This document shows, piece after piece, positions 17,919-28,655 of a DNA stretch of 40,445 bases; the stretch's first letter is position 1, and every line of letters starts with the position of its first letter. The notes beneath the pieces are model-generated. The model was not told the DNA's origin. It did not search any database and saw only the letters and a program-made list of their open reading frames with translations. Origin of the DNA: Acidimicrobiales bacterium. Lineage in GTDB: Bacteria > Actinomycetota > Acidimicrobiia > Acidimicrobiales > JABEUL01. The stretch is from the NCBI GenBank assembly GCA_013044465.1, contig JABEUL010000244.1, positions 1 through 40,445 on the forward strand, read 5' to 3'. The translations under genes and the position numbers were made by a program.

Positions 17919-19667
17919 TTAGTCTGCAGCTGAAGCCACTTTTTCCTTTTTATGCCTATTGTGCATAATGGTGGTTGCATCCGGGTGATTGATATCCCAC
18001 ACAGGTCTTTCGGACCTAATTGGCGGCAACTTCGTAAAGTTGTGTGAGGGTGGGGGTGACGATGTATACCACTCCAAAGTATGTCCATCCCATGGATTAT
18101 CCCCAGCAACGGTCGGATAAATCAGTGAAATTATTATGTTGATTACAATTAAACCGACTCCAATGGCAATTATGGCTGAACCAATAGTCGCAATTTCATT
18201 GGCAGTTGCATAGCCCGAAGCCGGACTATAGCTTGCAATTCTTCTTGGCATTCCTCGAAGACCAAGCCAGTACCAAGGCAAAATCAAACTCCAAACCCCA
18301 ACAAACACTAACCAAAAGGAGATCTTCCCTAATCTATCATTCATCATTTTGCCAGTTGCTTTGGGAAACCAATAGAAAACTCCTCCAAAGCCACCAAAAA
18401 GGACGAAGGCGAGTATCACATTATGGAAATGGGCCACGACAAAATATGTGTCATGCGTAGCAAAGTCAATAGGTGGAGAGGCCAGTAAAATCCCAGTCAG
18501 GCCGCCCAAAAGGAAAACCAGTAAAAATCCAGTCATAAAAAGCATTGGAGTATCGAATTTTATCGACCCGCGCCACATGGTCCCAATCCAGTTGAAAAAC
18601 TTAATACCTGTCGGAATTGCAATCAAATAACTTGCAAAACTGAAGTAAGGTAGCAAAACCGCACCAGTGGTAAACATATGGTGTGCCCACACACCAGTAG
18701 AAAGTCCTGCGATGGTAATTGTGGCAGCAACCATTCCCTTATAACCAAATAGCGGTTTGCGACTGAATACGGGGATAATCTCGGTCATTATCCCAAAGAA
18801 GGGTAAAACTAAGATATATACCTCCGGATGACCCCAGAACCAAAATAAATGCTGCCAAAGTAAAGGCACTCCCCCATGGGTCGCATCAAAAATGTGAGTC
18901 CCAAAGTGACGATCACAAAACAACATCACCAGCGCTGCGGTTAACACTGGGAAAGCAATCAGTATCAAAAGCCCAACGACAACCATGTTCCAGGTGAAAA
19001 TTGGAACCCTCCACATTGACATTCCAGGTGCTCTGAGGTAGAAAACCGTGGTGACTATGTTGACCCCAGTAAAAATAGCTGAAAATCCGGTAAGCAATAA
19101 GGCAATTATCCAAAGATCGGGTCCAACTCCCGGAGAGTTGACAGCATTTGAAAGTGGAGCATACGCAACCCACCCAAAGTCAGCTGCACCGCCAACACTC
19201 AAAAAGCCGCTGACCATAATTAACGAACCTGACAAGTAAAGCCAGTAACTAAGAGCATTTAGTCTCGGAAATGCCATGTCTGGGGCACCTACTTGGAGCG
19301 GCACGATGTAGTTAGCAAAGCCTCCGAAGGCAATAGGTCCGGCAAAAAGGTAAATCATTAGCGAACCGTGCATTGTAAACAACTCATCAAATTGATGTTG
19401 ATTTACCAGATGCAAATCTGGCGCACTAAGTTGAAAACGTATTACTTCAGCCAAAAGGCCGGCAATTACAAAAAATATTAAAGCAGTGATCGTGTAACTC
19501 ATCCCAATCACCTTGTGATCGGTCGAAGTTAGCCATTTTAGAATTCCTGTAGGTCCGTGGTGATCGTGTCCTCCGTGGTCACTGTCGCTTTGGTGATGAC
19601 CTTCCAGTTGTCCTCCATAGCTTTCGCCTTCAGGAGAGACAGCTCGCCGCGGCGAAGTTATCGTCAT
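17919..19667 (-). CDS. ctaD: Cytochrome c oxidase (aa3-type) subunit I
   Basis: 582 aa. Contains WLTSTDHKVIG, WFWGHPEVYILVLP, HHMFTTG and VVAHFHNV, the haem/CuB ligand motifs, across 12 TM helices. A His-rich N-terminal extension is also present. Confidence 0.95.
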   Translation of the reverse strand: MTITSPRRAVSPEGESYGGQLEGHHQSDSDHGGHDHHGPTGILKWLTSTDHKVIGMSYTITALIFFVIAGLLAEVIRFQLSAPDLHLVNQHQFDELFTMHGSLMIYLFAGPIAFGGFANYIVPLQVGAPDMAFPRLNALSYWLYLSGSLIMVSGFLSVGGAADFGWVAYAPLSNAVNSPGVGPDLWIIALLLTGFSAIFTGVNIVTTVFYLRAPGMSMWRVPIFTWNMVVVGLLILIAFPVLTAALVMLFCDRHFGTHIFDATHGGVPLLWQHLFWFWGHPEVYILVLPFFGIMTEIIPVFSRKPLFGYKGMVAATITIAGLSTGVWAHHMFTTGAVLLPYFSFASYLIAIPTGIKFFNWIGTMWRGSIKFDTPMLFMTGFLLVFLLGGLTGILLASPPIDFATHDTYFVVAHFHNVILAFVLFGGFGGVFYWFPKATGKMMNDRLGKISFWLVFVGVWSLILPWYWLGLRGMPRRIASYSPASGYATANEIATIGSAIIAIGVGLIVINIIISLIYPTVAGDNPWDGHTLEWYTSSPPPSHNFTKLPPIRSERPVWDINHPDATTIMHNRHKKEKVASAAD

Positions 19668-19818
19668 CTTTCTATATCCTCCAGAGTTTTCAGAATTCTA
19701 AATGCAACTAACAAAATTACCTAAAAGCGTCTCAGCAAGAATTCGCTTTCCATCTACTTTATACGCTTTTTTGCAACGATTGTTGCTTTCTTTTCATTAT
19801 TGGCGCTCTCGGACTGCC

Positions 19819-20751
19819 CTAGGAGCGCTTGAGTCCTGCTCTTTGACCTCTGGTCACAAACTTAAGTGCCATTTTTCGGCTAGCTTCATCGATCATTTCG
19901 TCCCCAAACATCACCGCACCCTTCCGGTCGGTTTCAGTGGCAACTTGATAAGCCTCCAGTATTGCCCAGGCTTTGTCAAACTGCTCTTGCGTTGGAGAGT
20001 AGATCTCGTTGATAACTTTTACCTGGTCAGGATGGAGAGCCCACTTCCCGTCATAGCCCAAAGTCCTAGTCCTCATGCAATAATCTCGCAGGTTATCAAG
20101 CTCTTTAATCTTCAAGTACGGTCCATCAATTACTTGGAGCCCATTGGCTCGTCCGGCCATGAGAATCTTGTTAAACACGTAGTGAAAATGATCCCCAGGA
20201 TAGTCAGAAATCTGCACACCACCAGTTAACACAGGCATTTCCATGGATGCAGCGAAATCAGCAGGACCAAAAACAATTGTCTCCATCCGAGAAGATGATG
20301 CACATATCTCTTCGACATTTATCAGACCTCTTGCAGTCTCGATCTGTGCTTCAATACCTATGTGCCCGATCGGCAAACCCACATTTTTTTCTATCTGTGT
20401 TAGTAATAGATCCATCGCAATTACTTCTGCCGCTGACTCTACCTTTGGCATCATAATTTCATCGAGGCGCTCCCCCGCATTGCCTACAACTTCAATTACG
20501 TCACCATAAGTCCATGCCGTATCCCAAGCATTTACTCGGACACACATCACTCGTTCACCCCAGTCAAGAGTTTTAATAGCCTCTACAACTTTGGCTCTGG
20601 CACCCTCTTTTTCTAATGGAGCAACTGAATCCTCCAAATCCAGGAAGGTCATGTCCGCTTCAATTGTGGGACCTTTTTGCAAAAAGCGCTCTGAAGATCC
20701 GGGGACGGAGAGACAGCTTCTTCGAGGTAGGTTTCTAGATCTTTCTGACAT
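19819..20751 (-). CDS. HpcH/HpaI aldolase / citrate lyase beta (CitE) family protein, malyl-CoA/citramalyl-CoA lyase-like
   Basis: 310 aa. RRSCLSVPGSSERFLQKG...DMTFLDLEDSVAP...VRVN resembles the CitE/Mcl N-terminal signature, and the length fits the family. Confidence 0.75.
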   Translation of the reverse strand: MSERSRNLPRRSCLSVPGSSERFLQKGPTIEADMTFLDLEDSVAPLEKEGARAKVVEAIKTLDWGERVMCVRVNAWDTAWTYGDVIEVVGNAGERLDEIMMPKVESAAEVIAMDLLLTQIEKNVGLPIGHIGIEAQIETARGLINVEEICASSSRMETIVFGPADFAASMEMPVLTGGVQISDYPGDHFHYVFNKILMAGRANGLQVIDGPYLKIKELDNLRDYCMRTRTLGYDGKWALHPDQVKVINEIYSPTQEQFDKAWAILEAYQVATETDRKGAVMFGDEMIDEASRKMALKFVTRGQRAGLKRS

Positions 20752-20824
20752 GGATTCTATGGTATGCCAGAATTAACCAACGTTTAGAAACTTTGCGGAA
20801 AGCAAGAAGGAATTTCCTAGTTAA

Positions 20825-21505
20825 TCAGGGGATTTCCCGATTAAAGAATTCGATGGTTTCCTCGAAAGCGACTTTCGAAGCTTCAGGATCGTAAACCTCT
20901 GGTCTTGTGTCATTGAAAAATGCGTGTTGAGCTCCTGGATATATCTTCAATTTCGCTTCAATCCCAGACGATTTCAGTTCGTCGCCCAGGGCCTCAACAG
21001 CTTCTTTTGAGGCAAAATCATCCAGTTCTGCATAATGCCCCAAAACCTTAGCTCTCATTTGAGAATAGTCCGGCTTTGCCTCGGGCCAAGGAATCAAGCC
21101 ATACCAAGGCACTACCGCCGATACGGCATCACCTCTTTTAGCTGCCAGCACGAGGGCCAGCCCACCTCCCATGCAAAAACCAGTAACACCCACACTGCTA
21201 TTTCCAGTGCGTCGAATCAACTCATCTACGGCTCCGCTCATATCTTTAGCTGCGGTATCCATTTTCAAAGCCATCATTGCCTTAGCTGCCTCATCAGGCT
21301 CTTTTGTTGACGCGCCGTGGTAAAGGTCCGGTGCCAGTGCCGTAAATCCTTTTTTTGCAAAGCGATCGCAAACATCCTTGATGTGAGGCACTAAACCCCA
21401 CCATTCCTGAATTACGACAACACCTTTGCCGTTTGCCGCCTCTGGAACAGCTAAATAGCCAGAGGCGCTCTGTCCGTTTGATGGAAATTCAATCATCGTA
21501 CCCAT
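20825..21505 (-). CDS. Dienelactone hydrolase family protein
   Basis: 226 aa. GVVVIQEWWGL, the nucleophile motif GFCMGGGLAL and the C-terminal YPGAQHAFFN are typical of the DLH family. Confidence 0.85.
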   Translation of the reverse strand: MGTMIEFPSNGQSASGYLAVPEAANGKGVVVIQEWWGLVPHIKDVCDRFAKKGFTALAPDLYHGASTKEPDEAAKAMMALKMDTAAKDMSGAVDELIRRTGNSSVGVTGFCMGGGLALVLAAKRGDAVSAVVPWYGLIPWPEAKPDYSQMRAKVLGHYAELDDFASKEAVEALGDELKSSGIEAKLKIYPGAQHAFFNDTRPEVYDPEASKVAFEETIEFFNREIP

Positions 21506-21567
21506 ATGTGCATCTTACCTTTCATAGAAATTAATTTCCAGAGCTATTGGGCGGTTTTGTCCAATTT

Positions 21568-22029
21568 CTAATATTTCCCACCGAGCTTTGAATGATCCCA
21601 CGATACATATTGCCTTGGGTGCACTCTAACTGCAATTCGCTTTTTTGACATCATCTCAACTGATCTAATTCCATTTTCGTCTAGAGGACCGAAATATCTC
21701 TCGTAAATCGAACTTCCAATTTCAATTATTTCCTCCTGGGACTCCGAATAATCTACGTCAGCTACAAATTCAACGCCTTTAAGCTCGGAATAACTTTCAC
21801 CCGATTCAACCATGCAAGTAATCACTGGGCTTCTTTTGATATTTATAGCCTTTTGAGATTTAGCAAATGTCCAAAATCCCAGTGTGCCATCCAAATAAAA
21901 GCCATACCACATTGCCACTAGGTGCGGAATTGAATCTAGTCCAAGAGTTGCTATCGCCATGTTATTGCGAAGCGATAAGTAATCTTGTATTTCTTTAGAA
22001 GTCATCTGGATTTGGGATCTTTTACTCAC
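21568..22029 (-). CDS. Pyridoxamine 5'-phosphate oxidase family (split-barrel flavin/deazaflavin-binding) protein
   Basis: 153 aa. The size fits, and the pattern MAIATLGLDSIPHLVAMWY...RIAVRVHPRQYVSWDHSKL resembles PPOX-class proteins common in Actinobacteria. The assignment rests on similarity recalled from memory only. Confidence 0.65.
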   Translation of the reverse strand: MSKRSQIQMTSKEIQDYLSLRNNMAIATLGLDSIPHLVAMWYGFYLDGTLGFWTFAKSQKAINIKRSPVITCMVESGESYSELKGVEFVADVDYSESQEEIIEIGSSIYERYFGPLDENGIRSVEMMSKKRIAVRVHPRQYVSWDHSKLGGKY

Positions 22030-22102
22030 CTGATAAGTTTCTCATAACCAAGAGGCCTCTAGGTACGACAAGTTCAAAATCCGACAAAAAAACAAGGAAT
22101 TG

Positions 22103-24970
22103 TTACTTTTTAGCCAATGCCTTTTTTAAGTAATTACCAGTGTAGGATTTCTTAACCTTAGCAACAGCTTCAGGTGTTCCTTGTGCCACAATTTGACCAC
22201 CACCTATCCCGCCTTCAGGTCCCAAATCTATTATCCAGTCCGCTGTTTTAATCACATCAAGATTATGCTCAATTACGAGGACTGTGTTGCCTGTAGCTAC
22301 TAGACGCTCCAATACCTCTAGTAGGCGCGCAACGTCTTCCATGTGCAAACCTGTGGTGGGTTCATCTAGAACATAGAACGTTGATCCAGTAGATCGCTTA
22401 GCGAGTTCACTAGCGAGCTTCACTCTTTGTGCCTCTCCTCCTGAAAGACTAGGCGCACTTTGCCCAAGACGGACATACCCGAGGCCGACATCAACCAGAG
22501 TTTGAAGAATGCGTGCAATGCTTGGGTGGTTGGCAAAAATCTCGAGGGCATCATCAATTGGCGAATTTAGTACATCGGCAATACTGTAGCCACGATAAGT
22601 AATCTCTAAGGTATCTCGATTGTAGCGAGACCCCCCGCAACCCTCGCATTTCACATAGACGTCGGGTAAAAAATGCATTTCAACTTTGATCGTGCCATCG
22701 CCCTGGCAAACCTGGCAGCGCCCACCTGTAACGTTAAAAGAAAATCTTCCTGGCTGATAACCTCGCGTCCTGGCCTCAGGTGTCAAGGCAAAAAGCTTTC
22801 TAATATGGTCAAATACTCCGCTGTAAGTAGCTGGATTAGATCTAGGGGTGCGACCAATCGCAGACTGATCAATAGAAATTATCTTGTCGATTATTCCAGA
22901 TATAAATAGTTTTTCTAGATGATCAAATCTTATTGACTCGTTAGTTTCTGCGTTTAAGTATCTAGCCAGTGCTTTTAGGAGAACAGAGTTTACCAAAGTC
23001 GATTTTCCAGATCCTGAGACGCCGGTGACCGCCACAAATAAACCTAGAGGTATCTCAACTTCAAGTGAATCTATATTGTTGGCACTCACTCCTTCTAGTT
23101 TGAGGTACTTGAGAGGATCTTTAGACTTACGTTTCGGGATGGCGATTTTCTTAGTACCACTTAGATACTGTCCGGTGATTGAAGATTCACATTTAATGAT
23201 TTCTTCCAATACTCCTGCCACTACTATCTCTCCGCCGTGTTCTCCTGCTCTTGGTCCCACATCAACTATGTAATCTGCCGAACGGAGAATTTCTTCGTCG
23301 TGTTCAACTACCACGACCGTATTGTCCAAGTCCCGAAGACGCTGAAGCATTACAATTAAACGGGCGTTATCTCTTTGGTGCAAACCAATGGATGGCTCGT
23401 CTAGCACGTAAAGAACGCCAGTCAATCCTGATCCAATCTGGGAAGCTAATCTAATCCTCTGCGCCTCGCCTCCTGCTAATGTGCCAGAACTTCGATGGAG
23501 ATTGAGATACTGCAACCCAACCTCGCACAAAAAGCGCAACCGGTTTGAGACTTCTTTAAGAAGTCGGTCGGCGATTTGAGCCTCTCTTTGGGTTAGCTTA
23601 ATACTTTTGAAAAATTCATAAAGTTCGTCGATGGGCATTAGAGAAAGCTCAGCAATTGAAAGACCTTTTACTTTGACTGCCAGTACTTCTGGCTTTAACC
23701 GGGTTCCATTGCATGAATGACAAACAACGTTGGTCATGTAGCGGCTCATATACTCTCTGCCGCCCTCACTTTCAGATTCTTGGTATTTTCTCTCTACCCA
23801 ACGTTTAAGTCCCTCAAACTGATTGACTGTGTGACGTCTGGTGCCATAACGACCTTTGAATTTAACTGTGATTGGCTTTGAGGAAAATCCATCAAGTATT
23901 AGCTTTTTATGTGCCGCTTTTAACTTTGACCAAGGAATTGTTGTAGGAATGTTGTTGGGTGATTCAAGGCTCTTGATCACGTGCAGATAATAGCTTCCAC
24001 GAGCTGAATTCCAGGGAAGCAAAACTCCCTCTTCAATTGATAGAGATGGATGCCCTATAATTCTTTCTAAATCTGCTTCCATCCTGACTCCAAGTCCACT
24101 GCAGTCGCTACAAGCACCATAAGGCGAGTTAAACGAAAACATTCTTGGAGCTAAGTCCTCAAAGGAAGTCCCACAAGAGAGACATACAGCATGTTGAGAG
24201 TAGCGAAGTTTTTCTACGATATCATCGACCTCTACTTCGCCTTTAGAAAGAAGCTCAACTTCTAGGTGGCCCCCACTCAAGTTGAGTGCCGCTTCAACTG
24301 ACTCTGAAAGCCTCCTTGAAACACTCGCTTTAATCACGACTCTGTCGACAACAACTTCTACACGGTGCTGTTCGTATCTAGCCAGATCGATCTCTCCTTC
24401 TTTGGCCAAATTGGACTCTAGTATCTGACCATCTACCCTGATTCTGGAAAACCCTTGTTTGAAAAGATCCTTTACCAAGGTGGAATAGGATCCTTTCCGA
24501 TCTTCGACAATAGGTGAGACAATTAGGACTCTGGAAGATTCCGGCAGGCTCATTATGGAGTCGACAATTTCTTGGGGCGATTGCCTGCCTACCAAGGTTT
24601 TACATTTTGGACAGTGTTGCAACCCAATTCGTGCGTATAAGAGCCTTAAGTAATCGTAGATCTCCGTAATAGTACCTACGGTCGATCTTGGATTGGCCGA
24701 GGTAGTCTTTTGATCAATGGCAATGGAGGGTGAGAGTCCCTCTATGGAATCGACATCGGGTTTCTCGCTTTGTCCAAGAAACTGTCTAGCATAAGCGGAC
24801 AAGGATTCAACATATCGCCTGCGTCCTTCAGCATACAGAGTGTCAAAAGCCAAAGACGATTTGCCCGAACCGGAAAGTCCTGAAATTACAGTGAGTGATG
24901 AACGTGGGATCTCTAGTGAAACATTTTTTAAATTGTGCTCTTTTGCACCTTTGATTATGATTTTATCCAT
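22103..24970 (-). CDS. uvrA: Excinuclease ABC subunit A
   Basis: 955 aa. The N-terminus is [23 protein letters not shown]. There are two ABC modules ([14 protein letters not shown] and [11 protein letters not shown]), zinc-finger Cys clusters and LSGGEAQR twice. Confidence 0.97.
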   Translation of the reverse strand: MDKIIIKGAKEHNLKNVSLEIPRSSLTVISGLSGSGKSSLAFDTLYAEGRRRYVESLSAYARQFLGQSEKPDVDSIEGLSPSIAIDQKTTSANPRSTVGTITEIYDYLRLLYARIGLQHCPKCKTLVGRQSPQEIVDSIMSLPESSRVLIVSPIVEDRKGSYSTLVKDLFKQGFSRIRVDGQILESNLAKEGEIDLARYEQHRVEVVVDRVVIKASVSRRLSESVEAALNLSGGHLEVELLSKGEVEVDDIVEKLRYSQHAVCLSCGTSFEDLAPRMFSFNSPYGACSDCSGLGVRMEADLERIIGHPSLSIEEGVLLPWNSARGSYYLHVIKSLESPNNIPTTIPWSKLKAAHKKLILDGFSSKPITVKFKGRYGTRRHTVNQFEGLKRWVERKYQESESEGGREYMSRYMTNVVCHSCNGTRLKPEVLAVKVKGLSIAELSLMPIDELYEFFKSIKLTQREAQIADRLLKEVSNRLRFLCEVGLQYLNLHRSSGTLAGGEAQRIRLASQIGSGLTGVLYVLDEPSIGLHQRDNARLIVMLQRLRDLDNTVVVVEHDEEILRSADYIVDVGPRAGEHGGEIVVAGVLEEIIKCESSITGQYLSGTKKIAIPKRKSKDPLKYLKLEGVSANNIDSLEVEIPLGLFVAVTGVSGSGKSTLVNSVLLKALARYLNAETNESIRFDHLEKLFISGIIDKIISIDQSAIGRTPRSNPATYSGVFDHIRKLFALTPEARTRGYQPGRFSFNVTGGRCQVCQGDGTIKVEMHFLPDVYVKCEGCGGSRYNRDTLEITYRGYSIADVLNSPIDDALEIFANHPSIARILQTLVDVGLGYVRLGQSAPSLSGGEAQRVKLASELAKRSTGSTFYVLDEPTTGLHMEDVARLLEVLERLVATGNTVLVIEHNLDVIKTADWIIDLGPEGGIGGGQIVAQGTPEAVAKVKKSYTGNYLKKALAKK

Positions 24971-27020
24971 TTGGAGGAGCCTTTTGGTCCAAACTATCAG
25001 TCATTAAATCCTCCAACAGGGCTTTGATTGAAAATAGTTCATCTCGAATAAATGCTGCCTTTTCAAACTCGAGTGCTTCCGCTGCTTCATTCATCAAGTC
25101 CTCTAACCTAGAAACTTCTACCTCCATCTCAGAAATAGAGGAACCAACACTTCTTGATCCAAACCCTAAATCAATCTTAACCTGTTTCTTTCCTCGTCCC
25201 TTGGGTTGATCATGAGGGACATTAATTCCAAACTGCTCGACGAGATCCAATACCTCTTTTTGAATGCTCACAGGTCTTAAGCCATTTTCCTCATTGTGGA
25301 GGACTTGTATGGTCCGTCTTCTTGTAGTTTCATCCATTGCAGCTTGCATGGATCTAGTTACTCGATCGGCATACATGATTACTTTCCCCCGACTGTTTCT
25401 CGCCGCTCTCCCAATTGTCTGGATCAAAGAAGTTTCAGAGCGAAGAAATCCTTCTTTGTCTGCATCCAAAATCGCCACTAGTGCTACCTCTGGAAGATCC
25501 AGTCCTTCCCTAAGCAGGTTAATTCCAACGAGTACGTCATAAACTCCCCTCCTAAGATCTCGAAGGAGTTCAATCCGCTCAACTGTTCCAATATCGGAGT
25601 GTAAATAGCGAACTCTTAAACCCAGATCTGCCATATAGTCAGCTAGGTCTTCAGACATCTTTTTAGTGAGCGTAGTGACTAAAGTTCGAAATCCAAACCC
25701 TGTATTTTCTCGAATCTCTTCTACAAGGTCGTCCACTTGGTGGGTAGTGGGTCTAACTTCAACAACTGGATCAAGTAGCCCGGTGGGCCTAATAACTTGC
25801 TCTACTATTTGGTCTGAATGACTAAGTTCATAAGGACCTGGAGTGGCACTGAGATATATTGCTCTTGGGATTTTATTAATGAATTCTTCAAAACGCAGCG
25901 GGCGATTATCTAAAGCAGATGGAAGTCTAAATCCATGTTCAACTAAAGTTTCCTTTCTCGACTTATCGCCTGCGTACTGTCCATTTAATTGAGGTACTGT
26001 TACATGACTTTCATCTATTACCACCAAGTAGTCCTTTGGAAAATAGTCCAGGAGAGTAAATGGCGCTTCGCCTGCTTGCCTATTTTCTAAGTGGCGTGAG
26101 TAATTCTCAATTCCACCGCAGTAACCTAAGTGCTCAATCATGTCCAAGTCGCGCATGGTCCTGACTTCGATACGCTGGGCTTCCAGTAATTTCTCTTGGC
26201 TCTGGAAAGTCCTTAGTCTTTCGTCTAGTTCCTTTCGAATCGATTTGATTGCTCTCTTTAATACATCTTCGGTTGTTGTGTAATGTGTGGCAGGAAATAT
26301 TGCGACTTCGTCCAGTTCTTCAAGCGATATTCCCTTCAAGAGATCAACTTTAGTGATGGCATCCACTTCATCTCCAAAAAATGAAATTCTCGTAACACTG
26401 TCTTGTATGGCACTTTGAATCTCTAAGGTATCTCCTTTTACTCGGAAACTACCGCGGGAAAGAACTACATCGTTTCTCACATATCGAAGATCCACAAGAC
26501 GGCGAAGAAGCATCCTTATATCAATTGAATCTCCCTTTTGAATTCGGACCATCCCTTGTTGGTAGCTTTCGGGCGACCCGAGTCCATAGATAGCAGAGAC
26601 TGAGGCTACAACTATGGTGTCAGTTCGAGACAAAAGCGATGTGGTGGCGCTGTGTCTTAGTCGATCGATTTCATCATTGATTGAAGCGTCTTTTTCTATA
26701 AATGTGTCAGAAGAAACGACATATGCTTCTGGCTGGTAATAGTCGTAATAAGAGACAAAGAACTCGACTTTATTCTTAGGAAAAAAATCTCGAAGTTCGC
26801 CAGCTAACTGGGCTGCTAAGGACTTGTTGGGTGCCATAACTAACGTTGGCATCTGAAGTGCTTCAATAGTCCATGCTATTGTTGCACTTTTACCAGATCC
26901 CGTGATGCCCTTAAGAGTCTGAAAACGATTACCCGATTCAATTCCCTTGCTTAGTGTTGCTATTGCATTTGGTTGGTCTCCGCTTGGTTTAAAGGGAGAA
27001 ATTACTTCAAATCGAGGCAT
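24963..27020 (-). CDS. uvrB: Excinuclease ABC subunit B
   Basis: [32 protein letters not shown] and the C-terminal UVR domain ([15 protein letters not shown]) are present. The start is set at ATG 27020. The track start 27068 adds 16 non-conserved residues. The stop overlaps the uvrA start by 8 nt. Confidence 0.95.
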   Translation of the reverse strand: MPRFEVISPFKPSGDQPNAIATLSKGIESGNRFQTLKGITGSGKSATIAWTIEALQMPTLVMAPNKSLAAQLAGELRDFFPKNKVEFFVSYYDYYQPEAYVVSSDTFIEKDASINDEIDRLRHSATTSLLSRTDTIVVASVSAIYGLGSPESYQQGMVRIQKGDSIDIRMLLRRLVDLRYVRNDVVLSRGSFRVKGDTLEIQSAIQDSVTRISFFGDEVDAITKVDLLKGISLEELDEVAIFPATHYTTTEDVLKRAIKSIRKELDERLRTFQSQEKLLEAQRIEVRTMRDLDMIEHLGYCGGIENYSRHLENRQAGEAPFTLLDYFPKDYLVVIDESHVTVPQLNGQYAGDKSRKETLVEHGFRLPSALDNRPLRFEEFINKIPRAIYLSATPGPYELSHSDQIVEQVIRPTGLLDPVVEVRPTTHQVDDLVEEIRENTGFGFRTLVTTLTKKMSEDLADYMADLGLRVRYLHSDIGTVERIELLRDLRRGVYDVLVGINLLREGLDLPEVALVAILDADKEGFLRSETSLIQTIGRAARNSRGKVIMYADRVTRSMQAAMDETTRRRTIQVLHNEENGLRPVSIQKEVLDLVEQFGINVPHDQPKGRGKKQVKIDLGFGSRSVGSSISEMEVEVSRLEDLMNEAAEALEFEKAAFIRDELFSIKALLEDLMTDSLDQKAPPNG

Positions 27021-27615
27021 TTTTGGAAAAATGCTCCCAAAAATTGAAAACTTTTGTTCGTAGATCACTTAATGTGCCGTCATTAGCAATCACGTAGTCT
27101 GCCTGACTAACACGCTCATCGTCACTTAGTTGATTTTTCATTCGAGCCAATATGTCTTCTTTTCTTAGATCTCTAGAACTAGTTAAATGATTCACTCTCT
27201 CCTCAACAGGAGCTGTGATAACCAGTATCTTATCGACGGGATATCTTTTCTTGCCCCCCGATTCGATCAAAAGTGGGATATCTAGTACAACGATATGGTC
27301 GGTTGTAGCTTCATCTGCCAGTAGTTTTAAGATCTCAGCGCCAATTTTAGGATGCGTGATTGCCTCTAACCTTTTTTTTGCTTCCAAGTCATTAAAAACC
27401 AACTCAGCCAACTTTTCCCGATCTAAAAGGCCATCATCTTTGAGTACTGTTGATCCAAATGCAACGACGATCTCGCCATAAGCTCGCCCATGGGGTTTTG
27501 CAATATCTCTGGCGATCTGGTCGGCATCGATAATTACTGCTCCTAGTTCCCGCAGAATATCTGAAACACTTGATTTGCCTGATCCAATGCCTCCAGTTAG
27601 GCCCAGTGTGTACGT
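27007..27615 (-). CDS. coaE: Dephospho-CoA kinase. The true start is non-canonical or uncertain (candidates ATT 27630, ACG 27615, CTG 27606).
   Basis: The track ORF (27007..27411, TTG start) holds only the C-terminal two thirds. The same frame is open up to the TAG at 27634-27636 and encodes SIRSFKTYTLGLTGGIGSGKSSVSDILRELGAVIIDADQIARD. That is the CoaE Walker A and the DAD motif, with no ATG, GTG or TTG upstream of them. Confidence 0.8.
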   Translation of the reverse strand, partial: TYTLGLTGGIGSGKSSVSDILRELGAVIIDADQIARDIAKPHGRAYGEIVVAFGSTVLKDDGLLDREKLAELVFNDLEAKKRLEAITHPKIGAEILKLLADEATTDHIVVLDIPLLIESGGKKRYPVDKILVITAPVEERVNHLTSSRDLRKEDILARMKNQLSDDERVSQADYVIANDGTLSDLRTKVFNFWEHFSKNASI

Positions 27616-27625
27616 CTTGAAGCTC

Positions 27626-28426
27626 CTAATACTCTACTTTTCGAATCTTTGGCTTAGAAAACACTGCAAAAAGAACAGGGGTTGATTCATCGGCAGTATC
27701 ACTCTTAAAGAACTCTTCATCGGTAATGCCAGTGAGCCCTCCCATACCGGATCGATATATAACCTTTTGTCCTAGTGGCAGCAGTCGAGTGTAAGCCCAA
27801 ATCCACCATGATCTTGGCATTTTATGCCTTAGTCCAAACTTGTCTACAGCGTAAACTTTTGAGGCTTTCGCTCTTCTCTCTGCGATTTCATCCTTTACCC
27901 TTTGAGTTGCATCAAGACCGCCAACCCAAACATCTTCAAAATGCTGACTTAGTAGGGAAAAAAGTTCATCACGGTCAAAAAGGACTACATGGAACGGATT
28001 TTCAAAGTCCGAAGGTTTATTCGGCGTCAAGATGAAGCCGGTGCCGTCGTATTTCATTATTCTTGCAATTTCAGCAACATGGCCTGCTGGCTGGTAGAAA
28101 TGCTCGATTAAGTGTGAAGATGATACCCAGTCAACGGAATGAGATTTAATTCCTAATCTGGAACAGTCCATTTGCATAACCCTAAAACCCCTGTTACCAA
28201 ACCTTTGGGTTGCATTTAATGCGGCGCTGTGGTCATAGTCGATTCCGATAACCTTTCTATCTGGACCTATTAGTCTCACACTTTCAAATCCGAGCCCGCA
28301 TCCTAAATCCAGAACCAACCCGGTACCTATTCTGGCTTCAACTTCACGGTAGCCAGCACTATGAAGTGCCAGTACTGAATCCGGAGTTGCTTCTTGAACT
28401 GGTCTCTCACCTGTCATTTTCGGCAT
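27626..28426 (-). CDS. Class I SAM-dependent methyltransferase
   Basis: 266 aa with motif I VLDLGCGLGFES and a Methyltransf_11-like spacing (VDWVSSSHLIEH). It is divergent from the AftD-like gene. Confidence 0.8.
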   Translation of the reverse strand: MPKMTGERPVQEATPDSVLALHSAGYREVEARIGTGLVLDLGCGLGFESVRLIGPDRKVIGIDYDHSAALNATQRFGNRGFRVMQMDCSRLGIKSHSVDWVSSSHLIEHFYQPAGHVAEIARIMKYDGTGFILTPNKPSDFENPFHVVLFDRDELFSLLSQHFEDVWVGGLDATQRVKDEIAERRAKASKVYAVDKFGLRHKMPRSWWIWAYTRLLPLGQKVIYRSGMGGLTGITDEEFFKSDTADESTPVLFAVFSKPKIRKVEY

Positions 28427-28655
28427 TTTGAAATGTTACCGCTCAATTAATACCTAGTCGCGCCCAGATGGCTACTTCGAGGATATAACCTACTCCTGGG
28501 CACGATAAAAGTGTAGGCTAATTAGAGTTTTAGCAGCTAGGTAAACATTTGATTGAAAGGCGCAAAAAATATCTGTCTCTAATGTTTTAGAACATATTGA
28601 CGATCCCAAGGTCAAAGAGACAGGGAAAGAGAAAAGGTCATGGATTCCATTTGCC

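Noticed and set aside
17755-17930. tRNA-Leu as an integration site for a genomic island
   Set aside because: The tRNA is flanked directly by secA and ctaD, both core genes. No integrase and no direct repeat of the tRNA 3' end was noticed elsewhere in the window.
19755-19790. Hairpin GCAAC-GATT-GTTGC flanked by T-runs as a terminator between the CitE-like gene and ctaD
   Set aside because: Both flanking genes are on the minus strand, and in that orientation the stem is followed by an A-run, not a U-run. The 5-bp stem is too weak to call.
19702-20229. 175-aa plus-strand ORF
   Set aside because: It is entirely antisense to the well-supported CitE-like gene (19819..20751), and its translation has no recognisable domain. 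It is a typical shadow ORF.
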